NCBI GenBank assembly: GCA_020184695.1
Contig: JAANOX010000004.1
Location: forward strand, 1-64,000
From: Histomonas meleagridis 2922-C6/04-290x
Taxonomy: Eukaryota; Protista; Parabasalia
Length of the DNA: 64,000 nt
Direction: 5' to 3'
The notes under the pieces were generated by a model, which was not told the DNA's origin, searched no databases, and worked only from the letters and a program-made list of their open reading frames with translations. Below, piece after piece: positions 25,006 to 36,420 of the stretch (its first letter is position 1; each line of letters begins with the position of its first letter). The position numbers were made by a program, and so were the translations under genes.

Positions 25006-25145
25006 TTTATATATGTTTTTCATAAATTTTTACAATATATAAAATTTATAACGCTGTAATTGATTATACAATTTCTTTTTACGACGCTGAACATTACAAT
25101 AGAATTGACGTAAACTTACCGTCACCGCCAACACGTCAAGCAAAA

Positions 25146-25763
25146 ATGATTGTAACTTCGCTAACGACTAAATGTTCTATTGTTATTATTGAGAAAGATG
25201 ATTTTATACAGATTAACGGCAAAAAATACTATTTCAATAATGATTATACAGACTCAAACTCTCAAACGTTTATATTACTGTTAAATTCACTTATTCAAGA
25301 ATCAGACGTTACGTCTGAAGTCGATGAAGCAGGAACAATTGTATTTACTTCTTCAAATGCTTTTACGATAAATAATGCCTCATATAATATAATTAAAATA
25401 TCAGGGTTATACTCACAAATTCTTCCTCTTCCGTCAACATTTAATGGTACTGATACGTTTGAAATATTTGCTGAGAGTGTCGGAAATACTTTATCAACTC
25501 CTGTTCTTCATCTTTTGTCAAAAGTTGGAAAAAGCTCGTATAGAAATTTAAATGAAACCATTAACATTTCAAAAATTGTTCTTAGAATCAATAACTCTTT
25601 TTCGGCAAATTTTCCGATTATTGTATCAAACGCTGATTTCGAAATTGACATAAATTCTAATGATTTGTCACATATTCAATTAACACTCGTTGACGCAAAC
25701 CTTCACGAAGTACATTTACTGAATTCAATGTATATAGCAATTCCTGTTCAAGGCATATTATAA
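25146..25763 (+). CDS. Probable minor capsid (penton, single jelly-roll) protein
   Basis: C-terminal LSHIQLTLVDANLHEVHLLNSMYIAI resembles the Polinton penton end pattern; N-terminus probably extends upstream to ~25020 through a break. Confidence 0.5.
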   Translation: MIVTSLTTKCSIVIIEKDDFIQINGKKYYFNNDYTDSNSQTFILLLNSLIQESDVTSEVDEAGTIVFTSSNAFTINNASYNIIKISGLYSQILPLPSTFNGTDTFEIFAESVGNTLSTPVLHLLSKVGKSSYRNLNETINISKIVLRINNSFSANFPIIVSNADFEIDINSNDLSHIQLTLVDANLHEVHLLNSMYIAIPVQGIL

Positions 25764-25992
25764 TAGTAATAATATATATAATAGTAATAATATATATAAT
25801 AGTAATAATATATATAATAGTAATAATATATATAATAGTAATAATATATATAATAGTAATAATATATATAATAGTAATAATATATATAATAGTAATAATA
25901 TATATAATAGTAATAATATATATAATAGTAATAATATATATAATAGTAATAATATATATAATAGTAATAATATATATAATAGTAATAATATA
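25759..25992 (+). repeat. Minisatellite, 13 x 18 bp AGTAATAATATATATAAT
   Basis: AGT recurs every 18 nt from 25765 to 25981. Confidence 0.96.
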
Positions 25993-27160
25993 TTATTTAT
26001 TATGATCCTGATATTAGCATATATCATACTAGAAGCTTATAAATAATTCATATTATTTATTTTATTCATCGATTTAAATATAATTTACACTACTATTCAT
26101 TTATTATTTGATATTGTTTACACAATATAATAGTAGTTTAATATTGTTCACACTACTATTTCAAAAAATAAAATAAAATCAGAAATGTAGATTTTGTTAT
26201 CCGCTTATGTGATAATTATATGAATTTTTCATTTTGCTATATAAGTTGACTAAAACCAAAGTGAAAATATAATAGCTTATACCTAATTACATATAGTTAA
26301 TCTTACAATTTATGGATATACACACATAGACCCACTCGATGAAAATAATCAACTTATATTTGTTTTTTATATAAAAATTATCATTTATTTGACAACGAAA
26401 TTGTTAATCTTAATTTTTTTATATTTCAGAACAAATTTTGATCATGTGATATCACATATGCTATATATTTCATAAATGATATATAATAAATTAAAAAAAA
26501 TACGAATTAAACGATTCATACATATTTTTAATCAAATTAGAATTAAACAAAATTTTAATTATATTCTATTTCATCTGTATTCATAGACAATTTTTTGCTG
26601 CATTTATATTAATATTCGAAATATATATTTGATTTTATTCACATAAACAAAGTTCACATGTTTATGATTGTTACGCTAATAAAATACTTTCAATCTTAGA
26701 CATACAAAATGATTTATGAAATTGAATTTTTTTTATTCAATTTTGATCAATGCAAAACGACAATTATCGCATTCAATTTCATTAATTAATTTTATATTAT
26801 ACAGTACGGCATTTATTTTATTTCAATTTCATTTATTCAATTTCATATGGCCTAAATAGTCACTTATCGAAAAAAAATTAATAATTTGATAGCATAAACT
26901 ATACGATAATTCAATTCAAACGACCGTTATGCCCTGGAAATACGATTCCCTAGACGAAATGGTGTAAACGTGCGATTGTCGGCATCCGTTGAGCAATGAC
27001 ATGTTATATGAAATGATGTTTACAAAAATGTTACGTGAAAAAACGAAAATGTTATGTGAAATTATAAAAAAGTGGTTTCGCTAAAAATTCAATAGTGCTG
27101 TATCTCGAACCAACGACTTTACACAAAAAGTGACACACAAATCAGAAAAACATATATAAA

Positions 27161-27346
27161 AAATCAAAAGTCAAAGTCAACCTAAAACTTAACCTTGCTT
27201 TTAACCTTTCAGTAGCTCTTGCAAACTCGCAATTTCAGCGTTAAATCATTCAAAAAATGCTCATTTCCTCCGATTCGTAAAGGGTTAAAGAAAGGGTAAA
27301 AAAAAAGGTTAAAGTTAACCCTCAAAATTTTAACGATACTTTTTAA
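27161..27346 (+). repeat. ~190-bp dispersed repeat, copy 3
   Basis: Direct homologue of 14074-14261 (CTCCGATTCGTAAAGGGTTA identical; GGTTAAAGTTAA). Confidence 0.85.
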
Positions 27347-27462
27347 GTTCAAAATGACAGCTAATAACAATCTTAAGCTCAAAACACTAGAATCCACATA
27401 GGATTAACATCAAAACACTAAAATCTACATAAAATTAACAACAACTCAGCCGGATTCATGAC

Positions 27463-27670
27463 TCACACATTTGAAAAATAGATGCCATCATGAATTTATA
27501 TATATTTAATCACTTTCAATCAAAACCAACAAATTTATTAGAATCAACCGCGTTTACTCCGTTCATTTTTTAGTTTATGTAGCGCGGGATTGAGCAAAGC
27601 GTGAAACGCGGGACTTAATTAGCGCTATGTGTGTGTGTGTGTTGTACTTCACTATTGTTATTATTAATAA
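27463..27670 (+). repeat. ~200-bp direct repeat copy B with stem-loop and (TG)n
   Basis: Homologous to 5803-6010. Confidence 0.88.
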
Positions 27671-27780
27671 TAACTTTACAATTAGCACTAGAACTATTAT
27701 GTTCAGTATTATTCTTCCCTACATGTGGTGAGAAATCACTTATTTTGATCATAAAAAAATAATGATTCTAATTTATTTAT

Positions 27781-28155
27781 TTAATATCCAGCAACTTGTT
27801 TTATATAAGCACCGATAGCATCTTTGATAGCATCTTGTTCATGATTCTTTTTTTCTAACATTTCAGTAACAGCTTTTTTACAAGCACTAGTATAATAATT
27901 TTCACCAGTTTCTTCCATAACAAACTTTTTAGCTTCATCAAATTTTTCTTGTAATCCATAAGGTGTTAATAATTCTTGCACTCTAGGAATAACAAATTTT
28001 CTATACATTTCAGCTGACACAGTGAGTATAGGACACAATGCCTTTGCTCTTTTCGTATTTGCTACACCTCTAGTTTGTTCCATATTTGTCATAAGTTCAC
28101 GATAAAGTGGCTTAATAATATGACTAGTAAATGCGATTTTTTTCGATTTATGCAA
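27781..28155 (-). CDS. Hypothetical helical protein
   Basis: 124-codon ORF with protein-like composition; start codon uncertain; no motif recognised. Confidence 0.45.
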   Translation of the reverse strand: MHKSKKIAFTSHIIKPLYRELMTNMEQTRGVANTKRAKALCPILTVSAEMYRKFVIPRVQELLTPYGLQEKFDEAKKFVMEETGENYYTSACKKAVTEMLEKKNHEQDAIKDAIGAYIKQVAGY

Positions 28156-30767
28156 CTAAATTGAAAAATAGAAAAAAATAATTTGCCAATTATTCAGTGA
28201 TTTTTCTCATTAACAGATGATATTATTCAAGAAACTTCGAATGTTTGACTAATTTAATCCTGATTTATCGCAAAACTATAGCCAACAATTATTTTCGCCT
28301 TTTTTTAATTCAAAAACTATTGTTTAAATTTTCTCACAAAAAGTTAATTTGGCGCCCTTTTGCATTGACCAAAAAGTTTCCAAACTTGTCACAACTGATT
28401 TACTTAATGCGTTAAATACTGCAATAGATGTTCAACCACATCAACATTAAGCTATTGATTATTATTAATGTTAACATTTTTACAGATCCCAAACAGAGCT
28501 ACATCTTCATAAATTGAAATAGAAATAATCGTTTGTTATTCAATTTCGCTATCGGCTAGATAATTCACATTAGTAGGATATAACCCAAAAAATTTCTATA
28601 CTAGCAAATCAAATATAAATTTAAACATATGTTGGACTGTTTAGTATTATGCAATTATAAAGTTATGTGAATTTTTGTTCTACAGATTTTGAGAAAAAGT
28701 GATTTAATTTGATATATCTACTTTGGCTATTTCCATTATTTTAAATTTTTGATTATAATATTTTTTTGCCATTAAATATTAAAATTATTTATATAATTAT
28801 CTATAGAAATTATGATTAAATAGAAGAGATATGACCTCATTTCAAATGCCTTTGTTTCGGTTTTTTTTCACCATTTTTCTTAAATTCTATATATATTTAA
28901 AGTATTTTATTTTTATATTTTTTTATGTGCTTACATGGTAAAAAAACAATCATTTTTTTCTCCTGAGAATCAATTTCACAAAAAAATGCATCATGTTTTA
29001 AAATAATATTTTTTTTTTTCAAATCATATTGATTATTATTAATGTTAACATTAATGTTAAAAAAAATAAAATTTTTATTTTTTCATATGATTAATATATT
29101 TATCCATTATAATTTATAATTTGTATTTAATTTTTGATAATATTCTTTGTGTTATTTGATATGAAACTGTTAAACACTTATTTTAGTTTTCGATCCCATA
29201 ACAAATCATACACTGGTTATGCTTTCTCTAACCTTTAATTTTAATAAAAATGTCCAAAAAATTAAAACAATACTCAATGAATATATATAATTTGATATAA
29301 ATATATTTAATTGAAATACTTATGTACTTAATTATATCGATAAATTAAGGTAAGGTACACAATTTTAAAAATTTCACTTTTTTTTTTTTTTTAAATTAAT
29401 AGTAGTCAATATGAATCATATACATGTTTTTAGAATGATGAGATTACAAATATAAGCTTGATATTATTAACAACTATAACACAAACTATATCCTATTTAT
29501 TTGTATTATCATTTTATTTGTCTCTCTTTTATTTATATTTTCATGCAGCTCTTACCAAGCACAGAAAATTATTGCGAAATGTTAGATTGTTTTTTACCAT
29601 AAGTTGTTGGAGGTCTTAAAAGAGCATGGAACAAAAACACACGAAGCGTCAATGAATGCATGATTTCATAAAACGAGGAAATCATTAACACCATTGTTAC
29701 TACATATGTCTGTTGGAGTAGCATTAAATACAATAATTTTGTGAGTGCAACTTTTGATGCTAATGAATGTATCATTAACAAATTTGCAAAAAATATTAAC
29801 TTCGAAGACCTCGGACAATTTTGTTATAATATGTATATCAATATCATTTCTGTATTGATAAAATAATTAAACATTATTTTTTACATTGAATTTTCTATAT
29901 CATCATCGATACTTTATTACCTGATTCTCTCTATATTTTTCTATACTCATATTTAGAATTTTTTTTTACTAATCATTAATTAAAATTGTATTAAAAAAGT
30001 TTTTTATAACTTTAATAAATTCATCGAAAATTATTTTGGAATATTCGAACCTTTTCCATCTATCGTTCACCGATAGCATATGGGGAATGACATAATTATT
30101 TTTAAAAATTTAAATTTCCAATCCGATGTTTGATGTCTATTTTATTCGTAACACAAATCATTTATCATATCATATAACATCAATTTTTTTGTTAATGAGT
30201 TCAAATTATAAAAATATCCCTTTGCCATCTTTTTAATTTTTATTTTTTCAAATACTTAATACATAAAATCAATTCTTTTTTTTTTTAAAAAGAAATTGAA
30301 CTTTAAAATAATGTGTTGAGAAATTGATCTGAATTTCAATACATTGATTTTTTGAAAAAATGAATTCATTCGTAAAAAAACATATTTGCCAAAAAAAAAA
30401 TAAGCTATTTTTATTTGTCACAAGAAACAAAGTCATAATATTATAAAATATTTTATTCATATAAATAATAAAATCTTTATAGTTTATTTTCCTTTTATTT
30501 GATTTTGAACTACGGTTTAACAGTATTAACAGTATTATTTCTTAATCGATAATACATAATCATAATGTACATCATTAAAATCAAAGAAAACTTCCATATT
30601 TATCTTAATATTTATTTTCATTTTAAAGATATTTACCAGTAATTTCTTTTTTGAAGTGAAATTTTTGAAAGGAAGATTTGTCTTAAATCTTAGAATAATA
30701 CTTTTGTGTCTTATTTTTTGGACTCACAAATCATTTTCACTATTATTTTATTTTCGTAGTATTAAGA

Positions 30768-31985
30768 ATGATTGCTCTGATATTTTACTATCTAATAGTA
30801 CCCACATTTGGAAAATTTGATAATCAAACAAAAACACTTACAATAGAAACCATGGAAGATTTTAAAAATGCAAAAAAATCTACCTACAAAAAAGAAACAT
30901 TAACTTTGATTATCGGTGATAATATTACTTCAACTCCACCCGATGCATTTAGTGAGTGGGGTAATCTAGCAACTGTTCAAATTGGAAATTCATTATCTCA
31001 TATTGGTAATGAAACATTTTTTAGATGCACAAATTTGTCATATGTTACCTTTGGCCCAAATGTTACTATAGTTCGTGAAGGCGCATTTTTTGGCTGCATT
31101 AAATTATCAAAAGTTATTTTCAATGAAAAATTGATTAAAATTTATCAATATTCATTTACGGAATGCCACAACTTATCGGAAGTAATTTTTAACGAAAAAC
31201 TGACCAGTATTGGCATGGAAGCATTTTCAGCTTGTTCACTTGTGCAAATTAAATTACCAAATTCACTCACTACAATTGGAAGATATGCATTTTTTCGTTG
31301 TTTTAATTTATCAGATGTCACCTTTGGAAATAACATAACTACAATTGAGAATGGTGCATTCAGCTTTTGCAAATCTCTTAAAAAGATCGAAATTCCAAAT
31401 TCAATAACTATTCTCAGTAGGGGGGTTTTTGCATTTTGTTATAATCTATCAGTTGTTATTATAGGTGAAAATCTGGTTTCAATTGATTATCATACATTCT
31501 ATGAATGTAAATCTCTAACTTGTGTTTATTATAAAGGTCACTCAGAACCTAAAATTGATGAAGAAGCATTTGATAAAACTCCTCTCAAATATGTAATGAC
31601 ATTAGATTCTTAGAATTCAACAAAATTCGGTAAATTCAATGTATCAATTGGATCCACAATCGAAAAATGTGGTCCATGGCCAACACGCACAATCCCTGAA
31701 TCGATCACATTTACACATTCGAATACAATTACAAATGCAAATACATCTTCACCATCAACATATACAAATTCTATCATATATTCTATTTCATTCACGAATT
31801 CAAATATAATTACAAATGCAAATACATCTTCACCATCAACATATACAAATTCTAACATATATTCTATTTCATTCACGAATTCAAATATTACATCAAATTC
31901 TTTTCCATCAGGAGCTACTTCAAAAACTGTCCAGTTTGCTTTTGGCGTAAGTATTTTTTCATTATTATTTTTAATTTTATTCTAA
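30768..31985 (+). CDS. bspA: BspA-like (TpLRR) leucine-rich-repeat surface protein with one in-frame TAG
   Basis: Hydrophobic N-terminus; TpLRR units (IKLPNSLTTIGRYAFFRCFNLSDVTFG). After TAG at 31611-31613 the same frame stays open for 123 codons (Ser/Thr stalk, 2 x 81-bp repeat, hydrophobic tail) to TAA at 31983-31985. Confidence 0.9.
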
Positions 31986-33412
31986 TAAACATTTCTGTGT
32001 AACCTTTTCAAAATCATATAATTACTTCAATAAATAATTTTAATGATTTCAACTTTTCGATGAGTAAATAACATCAATTCTCTTTGTGATTTTTTTGCTT
32101 AAAATTTATTGTTAATGGATAAAAAAATCATCTTTTTTTACTTCTATTAATATAATAATAATATTGTGCCCATTTTAAGATGTTCATGGTTTAATATGGT
32201 GGTATACATAATAAGATATCTTATTCAACTTTAAAAAAAATTCATTATTATCCATTTTAACTAAATTTTTGAGTTAAAGAGTTTTTTAATTAAAATGAGA
32301 GAATCAAAACAGGAAAGGCAAGCATGCAATGGTTATGATCGTCTTGATTAAATCATTAGCTCCCTTGATGGGAGAAATTTTGTGAATGACTATTGTCTAT
32401 TCATAACAAATACAACAACATATTTTATTTTGGCTTCGGTTCAGTTTCAGCGCCAGTGTTAAATCTCTGATGAAAAAAGCCGATAAACACAAAAAGTTTT
32501 ATTCAAACAGAGTTTTCAAATACACGTTAACGTTCACTCCAATTCGAAAAATTCGAATTTGGAATTTTCAAAATTTTCAATTTCTTCATTTCGTTCGGGA
32601 TATTCATCCAATCTATAATTCACGTATATCCAATATGCAACGTTCCTTACTTCTTTTTCAGTGAACATTGCTAGATTCAAAGGGAATGAATTCATTATTT
32701 TAGAAATCACCAAATTTTCTACGATATTTTTTTACAACAAAGTATTTATTAAAATTTTCTTTTCTTATATGATATGATACTTCTATTTCTGATTCAATAT
32801 ATTTTATGGATATAAATGACTGTTCATTAAATACTACCATGATTTTGTTAATTTTATTAAATTTGAACATTTTACCACACAAGAAAACATTGTAAATTAG
32901 GCTATCTTAAAAAAAATTTCTATAATACTATATAGAACTTGTAAAAGAGAGATTAAATTAATTGATACCATATTCTTTATAGAAAATTATATTTGATGAC
33001 ATTTTTGAGTTCCAACTCTTTCATTCCATTTGAAAATCAAAAAAGTGACAATTTTAAATTAATGAATTAATTATTTAACATAATATTACTTAATGTTTCA
33101 TTTATTTAATTGAATGTATCAACACATAATTGTTGAATTTTTATTTCATTCATTAATAACAAATTCAGCTTTACCTCCACTAACTCCGGGATGATGACGA
33201 AAACGATTAGCCGAATACTTTCTGTTTTCTCAGTTTTCCTTCTATCTTAAATGACTATATTTAATTACTTTAAATACACAGCGTTATTACTCTTCAAGGT
33301 TGAAAAATTATGGATTGAAGAATCAACAAATTCGTTGCTTAATGAATTCATGTGAATGTTGAAACATATTACACAAATTTTACAAAAAACAAAGCAAATT
33401 CATTGGATACCT

Positions 33413-33838
33413 TTAACTAGGGTCGCCTTTAATTCTTTTAGCTAACTCAACATCTTTTTTCATCAGAGTTACTCTACTTGCATGTATTGTACACAAAACT
33501 CCATCTTCCATTGTTCCAACAATAAATGCCTCAGAAGCTTCTTGTAATGCTTGGAGAGCTCTTTCATTGAATTTAATCGTTGGATTTATTTTTTCTGCGA
33601 TTTCCCTGACAACTCTTCTAAATGGTGCTTTTGGGATTAAAAAGTTTATCTCTCTTTGATACCTCATGACTTCTTTTATAAATTTGTTTCTTGGTTTTGG
33701 GCGTCTTATTTTTTTAATCTTTCTTGGTTCATCCCATTCGAAATAAGAAGGCTGACTTTCAAGCTTCCTTTGCCCCATTATCTCTTTTTGCGCACTTTCT
33801 ATGACCACATTTGGCTTTTCGGCGTAAATTCGTTGCAT
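33413..33838 (-). CDS. Divergent histone H3 variant
   Basis: Histone fold YQREINFLIPKAPFRRVVREIA..ALQEASEAFIV..HASRVTLMKKDVELAKRIKG; non-canonical N-terminal tail. Confidence 0.92.
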   Translation of the reverse strand: MQRIYAEKPNVVIESAQKEIMGQRKLESQPSYFEWDEPRKIKKIRRPKPRNKFIKEVMRYQREINFLIPKAPFRRVVREIAEKINPTIKFNERALQALQEASEAFIVGTMEDGVLCTIHASRVTLMKKDVELAKRIKGDPS

Positions 33839-34285
33839 TTTGTTACAACATCAAAAATTTGATGCGTCTCACAGATCAAATAAATTTAAATACAAATTCA
33901 GTTTCTCTATTATCAAAATATATATTTTATTGTAATCAGCAGCTTTAAATTTTTATTCTTGATAAGACTTTTAAGAATTTAATAAAAATTAATTTGTAAA
34001 TTTAAATTTCATCGAAAACATATTCCATTTTCCCTCCTGCCACAAAATGTACGTTACAACTAGTGAGTTATCTTGTTGTAAACATTTAAGAAAGCAGTAA
34101 AACACTTTGATGAATTAAATTTCATCGAAACAAAACATTTTATTGTTTGTCAAGCCACTTTTTGATTAATATCGGTACGGTTTTACCAAGAAAATCAAGA
34201 ATTTTCCGTTCAAAATTATGGCACTTTTTGGTTCATGCACATGAAGAGAAACAGTTCAAAGCCATTTTTTTTGTATTAATCATCA

Positions 34286-35479
34286 ATGATTGGACCAAAA
34301 GTAATACCAGCAAATACATTTGAAAAGATTCAGCTCAGTATCGGATGTTATTGCCAATTAACATTAAAAGTTAAACCTTCACATGTTAAACTTGTTCATG
34401 AAATCTCTAAAAAAGCAGTTGGTTGTAGAACATTATTTGACGGAGGAAATTATGTTTATACACCAAATGAGTGTCCTGTTTTTAAAATTTCTGATAATTT
34501 TCCATCTCTCGAATCAACTCAATCATATGTTGCAACTCATTTTACCTTGCCTGAATCTGTAAGGCTCGCATCAATATGTTACAACAATGACACCATTATT
34601 CTCAATAGTAATCATTCTTCAATGGATGGTGGGTACATGAAACTTCTTCTTAATTACTTAACAGGAGCAAAAGTTCCCTTTGATCCCGACCATTACATTC
34701 ATGAATCTGTTTACGACACATTCTCCGAATCTATACACAACGCACAAGGCAACGCAGATTACTCGAGCACAAAAATCATTGTAAAAAAACCGAAACCGCT
34801 CAAACCGCATCTCACATCACATTACATTCCATTTGATATTCCTATAAATGAACTCTCAACTTTCCACAATGGTAAATGCAAAGGGATGACAGACATGATA
34901 TGGAGTTCTGTAATTCTTTCTGTTTCTGCATCCAATGGTGAATTTACTGATTCTAAAGTTATGACTGCAGTTGATTTAAGACGTGAACTAAAGAATCCTA
35001 GTTGGTCCAATGCAAATCTAGACAGTATGATTTCGGTAAATGCTAATGGAATCACAAAAGATTCATCTGTTGGAGAAATGAAGAGGACGTTAAGGGTGAA
35101 TTTCACTGACAAAATTGAAAAAAGTGACACAGTATTCAAATATTTGAGAGGTGTAACCGATGGGAGCATCAAGTGGCCCGATTATCCTGTTTGCAGCACA
35201 TCTAATATTGGAGTGCTTAAGACAGGTGGTGACATTATAGATGTGAATGTTGGTACATCAGTAACATCTGCTGGCGGTCCTCCAGGTTCAATATCATTGA
35301 ACTCTATATGTGTTGATAATAAGGTTTTTAGAGGAAGGTTATATTGCTCTCCCTTTGTCTTTGATCATGATGAAGCAAAAAAGCTTGCTGAGACAATGAA
35401 ATATTGTTTGATGCATGTGAAGGATGACATGAAAATTGAAAGTGTAGTTGAGGATTTGAAACAAAAATTTCATTATTAA
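34286..35479 (+). CDS. CoA-dependent acyltransferase / condensation-domain-like protein
   Basis: NHSSMDG (HxxxDG) motif plus AVDLRREL and STSNIG, typical of the alcohol acetyltransferase/condensation fold. Confidence 0.72.
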   Translation: MIGPKVIPANTFEKIQLSIGCYCQLTLKVKPSHVKLVHEISKKAVGCRTLFDGGNYVYTPNECPVFKISDNFPSLESTQSYVATHFTLPESVRLASICYNNDTIILNSNHSSMDGGYMKLLLNYLTGAKVPFDPDHYIHESVYDTFSESIHNAQGNADYSSTKIIVKKPKPLKPHLTSHYIPFDIPINELSTFHNGKCKGMTDMIWSSVILSVSASNGEFTDSKVMTAVDLRRELKNPSWSNANLDSMISVNANGITKDSSVGEMKRTLRVNFTDKIEKSDTVFKYLRGVTDGSIKWPDYPVCSTSNIGVLKTGGDIIDVNVGTSVTSAGGPPGSISLNSICVDNKVFRGRLYCSPFVFDHDEAKKLAETMKYCLMHVKDDMKIESVVEDLKQKFHY

Positions 35480-35697
35480 AATTATATTTGCAATACATTT
35501 TAATGTTTTGGAAGTTTTTTTCTTTTATAAATGATCAATTGTGAATTAACATTTGAGCAATTACTTTACAGTTATGGTTTCGTGTAATGCATTACAAAAA
35601 TATTTTTATGTATCTTTTTTTTAAGAAAGAATCACATCCATGTGTGAGGGTGTAAAATGCTAAAAAAATGCCTATGAACGATTAAAACGAATTCAAT

Positions 35698-36351
35698 ATG
35701 TTTGAACAAAGTATACCGTTTACTTTTTTGGGCTTCCATTTGATGGCTAGATTCGTAGAAAATCTACAAATTTCCTACCTTCATGCAGTCGAATCCCAAC
35801 AAAGAAGTGTTTGTTTTGTGAATTCAAATTTATCTACACCACACAAAACATTAATTCTTGATCTTGATGAAACATTAGTCCATTCTTCCTTTTACCGACC
35901 ACAAACGTATGATTTTTCTGTTAAATTTTGTTTCCAATGTAAGCCATTTGAAATCTTTGTACAAAAGCGCCCAGGTCTTGATTTTTTTCTTCAAACATTA
36001 TTTCAATTATTTGAAATATACATATTTACAGCATCTTTAGAAGAGTACTCATTGCCTGTTATACGTGCCCTCATTCCCAATTTTCCGATTTCTAATATCC
36101 GTTCGAGAAAAGATTGTAAGTATTTCAATGGTTCTTTTATTAAAGACCTCTCCATATTCAACCGCGACCTCAGCCAGATATTAATTGTCGACAATTCTAC
36201 GACGTCATATTGTTTGCAGCCGCAAAACGGAATTGCTGCCACCACTTGGACCGGCGACGCGCTGGACTCAGAGCTAAACGGCAGAATCCTCCCGATACTG
36301 CTCAGGTGCTGCGATGTGGACGACGTCAGGCGAACAATCGCCAACGCGTAA
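35698..36351 (+). CDS. NIF/SCP-type CTD small phosphatase (HAD family)
   Basis: TLILDLDETLVHSS, VQKRPGLDFFL, FTAS, FIKDLS, ILIVDNS. Confidence 0.95.
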   Translation: MFEQSIPFTFLGFHLMARFVENLQISYLHAVESQQRSVCFVNSNLSTPHKTLILDLDETLVHSSFYRPQTYDFSVKFCFQCKPFEIFVQKRPGLDFFLQTLFQLFEIYIFTASLEEYSLPVIRALIPNFPISNIRSRKDCKYFNGSFIKDLSIFNRDLSQILIVDNSTTSYCLQPQNGIAATTWTGDALDSELNGRILPILLRCCDVDDVRRTIANA

Positions 36352-36420
36352 TTTGTTTATGTAAAAGTGACAATGTTTATTTGGTTTACAAAAAGTGTTT
36401 CAAGCGAAGTCAAGTATTTA

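Larger units (their letters stand above)
5803..27670. mobile_element. Degenerate Maverick/Polinton-like element (endogenous DNA virus); boundaries tentative
   Basis: Cluster of family B DNA polymerase remnant, capsid-like gene, HNH nuclease, minor-capsid candidates and fibre gene, with no housekeeping genes between 6888 and 25763. Boundaries taken from the flanking direct repeats. Confidence 0.78.

Noticed and set aside
25758-26027. 89-aa ORF of LLYILL repeats
   Set aside because: Translation of the 18-bp minisatellite; no coding evidence.
27100-27120. GGTTCGAG T-loop-like motif on the minus strand as a tRNA or SINE
   Set aside because: No T-stem pairing, acceptor stem or A-box found.
28230-29820. 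Short coding-like patches (28230-28560, 29550-29820) and 420-890
   Set aside because: Probably degraded gene fragments, but no family could be recognised.
31946-31952. GTAAGT as a 5' splice site in bspA
   Set aside because: No parabasalid ACTAAC..AG branch/acceptor seen downstream, and the unspliced frame already gives a sensible hydrophobic tail.
32300-32470. Moderately GC-richer patch as an snRNA or rRNA fragment
   Set aside because: No convincing match to conserved U1/U2/U5/U6, RNase P/MRP or rRNA motifs by eye.
33413-33838. Calling the H3 variant CENP-A
   Set aside because: Loop 1 is not extended and the Phe84/Thr118 equivalents are retained; sequence alone is insufficient.
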